This document shows, one piece after another, positions 59,567 through 64,000 of a DNA stretch of 64,000 bases. The first letter of the stretch is position 1. Every line of letters begins with the position of its first letter. Below the pieces are notes generated by a model, which was not told where the DNA came from, did not search any database, and saw nothing but the letters and a program-made list of their open reading frames with translations. The position numbers and the translations under genes are program-made. This stretch comes from Eledone cirrhosa (lineage: Eukaryota). Where the stretch lies: NCBI GenBank assembly GCA_964016885.1, contig OZ024756.1, positions 20,460,001 through 20,524,000 of the forward strand, in the 5' to 3' direction.

Positions 59567-60489
59567 CTGGAGAGAAAAGATATAAGACAAGAAAAAAAGA
59601 TTATATTTTGCCACATGTCAATATTGGATTCTGACAAAGGTAAACAATAAAAATAAAAGACAAAGTCAATGTTTATTTTAAAGATAAAGCATAATCATCG
59701 GAAGTTCTCTGCCAACCCTTAGTATATTACTGGTACTTATCGTATGCATGCTTGGTCTCTTAACTACCGAGGGAGTCGTAGGGACACTGTATGTCAATAC
59801 AGTGTTTCTAAGGACATTTTTAAACCTGGCAGAGCCCATTTTTTCCCCAGGTTTCAATACAATAGCTTTCTTCCAGACAAGTATATATATATATATAAAT
59901 AGAGAGTGAGAGATATGTTTCTTTATTAGCCACAAGGGCACAAAAGAAGGGGACAAATACAAAGAGGGAAGTTTACATACAATAAAAATGTGTAAAATAT
60001 TATCACAAATGCAATTTAAAAGTTAATCGATTTTTCCCCAATAGGGGGAGACATTTCATATGGGTAACACATACCCCCGAAAAAATGTGCAACCCTCATC
60101 TCCAGGAGTACGAAGAGTTTGTACCCCCTTTCCTCTCTTCCTCCTCAACCTACAGGCTGATATAGAGAGAAGGCCCATTCACGCCACTTTCACTCACCTT
60201 TCATAAAACTTGCTTGGGTACAGCACCTCTCTCTCCATCCTGATTCTTCTTCCAAAGTGGTATTTGATAGAGGAAGCAAGAAAGCATTATAGAAGAAAAA
60301 TCAAGTCCAGTACTTGACTGGTTCTTTTTTTTTTATCAACCTCAAATGGATGAAAGGCAATGTTGACCTTGATATGCTTAAATATAAACCGACCCCTCAA
60401 TTTTTTGTCTGAGAAATGAGCAAAAATCCAGATCTTATTTACATAGAATTTGAACTTGGTGAAAATTGTCAAAATATTGACCCCCGAAT

Positions 60490-61506
60490 AAAATATATAC
60501 TGTAGTATATATACAATATATATATAGTAGCATATAAATATATACACTGTAGTATATATATAATATATACAGTAGCATATATACAATATATATATAGTAG
60601 CATATAAATATATACACTAGTATAGATACAATATATACAGTAGTTTATATACTATATATATATAGTAGCATATAAATATATACATTACTATAGATACAAT
60701 ATATACAGTAGTATATATACAATATATACAGTAGTATATATACAATTTATACAGTAATATATATACAATTTATACAGTAATATATATACAATTTATACTG
60801 TAATATATATACAATTTATACAGTAGCACATATACAATATAAACAGTAATATATATACACTATATACTAGTGTATATATACACTAGTACATATACACTAT
60901 ATACACTAGTACATATACACTATATACACTAGTACATATACACTATATACACTAGTACATATACACTATATACACTAGTACATATACAATATATACACTA
61001 GTACATATACAATATATACACTAGTACATATACACTATATACACTAGTACATATACACTATATACACTAGTACATATACACTATATACACTAGTACATAT
61101 ACACTATATACACTAGTACATATACACTATATACACTAGTACATATACACTATATACTAATGTATATATTCACTATATACACTAGTACATATATACTATA
61201 TACACTAGTATATGTACAATATATACAGCAGTATATATTGTATACATACAATATATAAACTAGTATATATATATATATATATACAATATAAATGGCAGTG
61301 TATATACAATATATACAGTAGCATATATATAATATATATACAGTAGAATATATACAATATATACACTAGTATATATACAATATATACACTAGTATATATA
61401 CAATATATACACTAGTATATATACAATATATACACTAGTATATATACAATATATACACTAGTATATATACAATATATACACTAGTATATATACAATATAT
61501 ACACTA

Positions 61507-61540
<34 letters not shown>
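60490..61540. repeat. TA-derived 20-22 bp minisatellite
   Basis: atatacactagtacatatacact variants. Confidence 0.95.
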
Positions 61541-61541
<1 letters not shown>

Positions 61542-61925
61542 CAATGATATTAAATAAACGGAAACTATATTTATAAAACCATATTTATTTTATTATATAT
61601 ATTTTAAGGGTACCAAGACAACATTGGTACGCTTTCATCAGATAAAATACAAAGTTCGTTTTATAAATAGAGATGTACCCATGAAAATAATACCTTCACT
61701 ATCATAAATAGAGACGTACCCATGAAAATCATACCTTCACTAGCCACCATCCAGTGAATTTCCAACCGATAAGGTATTATTTTCCTGGGTACGTCTCTAT
61801 TTATAAAACAAACTTTGTATTTTATCTGATGAAAGCGTACCAATGTTGTCTTGGTACCCTTAAAATATATATAATAAAATAAATATGGTTTTATAAATAT
61901 AGTTTCCATTTATTTAATATCATTG
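61542..61925. repeat. 155-bp-arm inverted repeat with two hammerhead motifs (61586-61649 minus, 61818-61881 plus), both G12A
   Basis: Arms 61542-61696 and 61771-61925. tattttat-CTGATGA-aagcgtaccaa..ttggtaccctt-AAAA-tatata-TA-ataaaata. Confidence 0.9.
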
Positions 61926-62131
61926 AATATTTACTTCAGTAAACTGTTGAGTGCTCTAAATCAGTTATAAACATTTATATTTGTTGGACTTCCAACAAAT
62001 TAAATACCCCTTCTACTTGTATATATATATATATATATATATACTTGTTCCTATTACCCACTCTACTACCCTAAGTATTGAGTACTTTGGTGCGTTATGG
62101 TCCATCTGGTTCCTTACCACATTTCCTTCGT

Positions 62132-62162
<31 letters not shown>

Positions 62163-63486
62163 TAAATAGAGACGTACCCATATATATATATATATATACA
62201 GCAACTTTTACACAACCTCAATTAAATAAAATCAAGTAATTATCATTTGTTTGTTTTTAGTTTTTAATTAAGTAATTATAATAAATTTTTGACAGCCTCT
62301 GTTTTTACAGATTAATTCTGTGAAATAAAGTTATAAAAACTATTTAAATCTAAAATTACAGCAGAACTTTATAACTCTGGATAGAATATAATTTGGTAGA
62401 AACTGAATTTTATGTTTTCAAGTCAAGCAGAAAATACTAATATGACCACACTACTGGCTAATTAATGATATCTAACGAGGGAGCGTAATTGACATGATGG
62501 TGATAGTGGATGATGGTGATGGTGGATGATGGTGATGGTGATGGGGGTGGGGATGGTGGTGATGGGGATAATGATGGTGAAGATGATGATGATGAAGATG
62601 ATGAAGATGATAATGATGGTGGTGGTGGTGACGATGATGATGGTGGTGGTGATGGTGGCAATGATGGGGATGATGGTGGTGATGGTGGGGATGATGGTGG
62701 TGGTGGTGATGATGATGGTGGGGATGATGATGGTGGGGATGATGATCATAATGATGATAAGTTGTGACCTTTTTTTTCTTCTCTAATAATTATCCTGTTT
62801 AAAGCGATGCCATATTCCATAACTAAATTGATTCTTGTCAGCTGTGGACGAAAGGGAATCAACAAAAATACTGATGGGAGTCAAAATAATTAACCCCTAT
62901 GTCTAAACCCTGCTGCTGCTGCTACTACTACTGCTCCACCACCACCACCACACATCACCACCTCCACACTGCCGTCACCAACACACCTCCACCACAACAC
63001 CCTTTCCACCACAACCAGCACACCTCCATCCATACAACACCACCACATCACCCTTTCCACCATCACCACCAGCACCCTTTCCACCACCACACTTCCACAA
63101 CACCACCACCACCACCACCACCACATCACCCTTTCCACCATCACCACCACACCCTTTCCACCACAACCAGCACCCTTTCCACCACCACACTTCCACATGA
63201 CACCACCACCACATCACCCTTTCAACCACAACCAGCACCCTTTCCACCACACTTCCACACACCACCACGTCACCCTTTCCACCCCACCCCCCACACGACA
63301 CCACCACATTACCCTTTCCACCTCCTCAAAAACTACCACCAGACCCATCACCACCACAACCTCCACACGGCTGCCACCACCACCCTACTGCTACCATCAC
63401 ATAAGACAAGAAAGAAGAAGAGGCCGAGAAGAAAAGAAACAGTCAATGAAAAGGTTAGAGAATGTCTGATAAACTAAGTAATAACT

Positions 63487-63702
63487 AATTGTTTCTTATA
63501 TAGGCACAAGGCCAGCAATTTTGAAGGTGGGGAAAGTCGATTAAATCGACCCCAGTGCATTACTGGTGCTTTATTTTATCGACAGCGTAAGGATGAAAGA
63601 CAAAGTTAACCTCGGCGGGATTTGAACTGAGAACGTAAAAGGCCATAACTCTGTGCTGCAAAGCACGGTGTCTGACTCTACCGATTACTGCTAATCCACC
63701 AC
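63487..63702 (-). mobile_element. SINE family A
   Basis: Full reverse copy. Confidence 0.88.
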
Positions 63703-63763
63703 TGTAATAACTAATAACAAAACCCCTAAGGGATGAGGTTAAGGGAAAATTCTTTAAAATGCA

Positions 63764-63929
63764 CCGTATTTTCCGACGTCGAAGACGCTACTTTTTTCCT
63801 AAAATAAGTCTCAAAGATCTACCATGCGTCCTGGAGGCCGAAGGTTGTTTATTATTTTTTTTTCAAATTTTTGGTTGTCAAAAACGAAGCATCTTGAGGT
63901 CGAAGCATCTTCGGCGCCGGGAAATACAG
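63764..63929. mobile_element. pogo/Tc2-like MITE
   Basis: Imperfect TIRs ccgtattttccgacgtcgaagacgc / gcatcttcggcgccgggaaatacag followed by TA. Confidence 0.6.
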
Positions 63930-64000
63930 TAATTATTTTATTGACATGTTCAAACTACTGAAAGCAATCACAGTTTTTTTTATTCCTCAGGCATCCAGTA

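Overview
AT-rich eukaryotic window, almost entirely repeats and microsatellites, with one 200-N assembly gap. The SINE/LINE repertoire resembles that of coleoid cephalopods (octopus); this is inference from recalled repeat families, not a search result. No complete host protein-coding gene can be supported. Nearly all long ORFs in the track are translations of microsatellites or minisatellites. The only recognisable protein remnants are transposon fragments: RTE and CR1 LINE C-termini, a Penelope-like RT fragment and a Tc1/mariner transposase C-terminus. The main hidden signal is about 20 type-I hammerhead ribozyme motifs in at least six sequence families, some intact and some decayed. They sit in short Penelope-like elements beside (TA)n tracts and often occur as long inverted repeats. 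Four divergent members of one class share a C-C mismatch at the same helix II position while the flanking base pairs covary. Three independent minisatellite arrays appear to have been seeded by the same segment of one SINE 3' module. A few isolated candidate exons and a CpG-rich promoter-like island are reported at low confidence.
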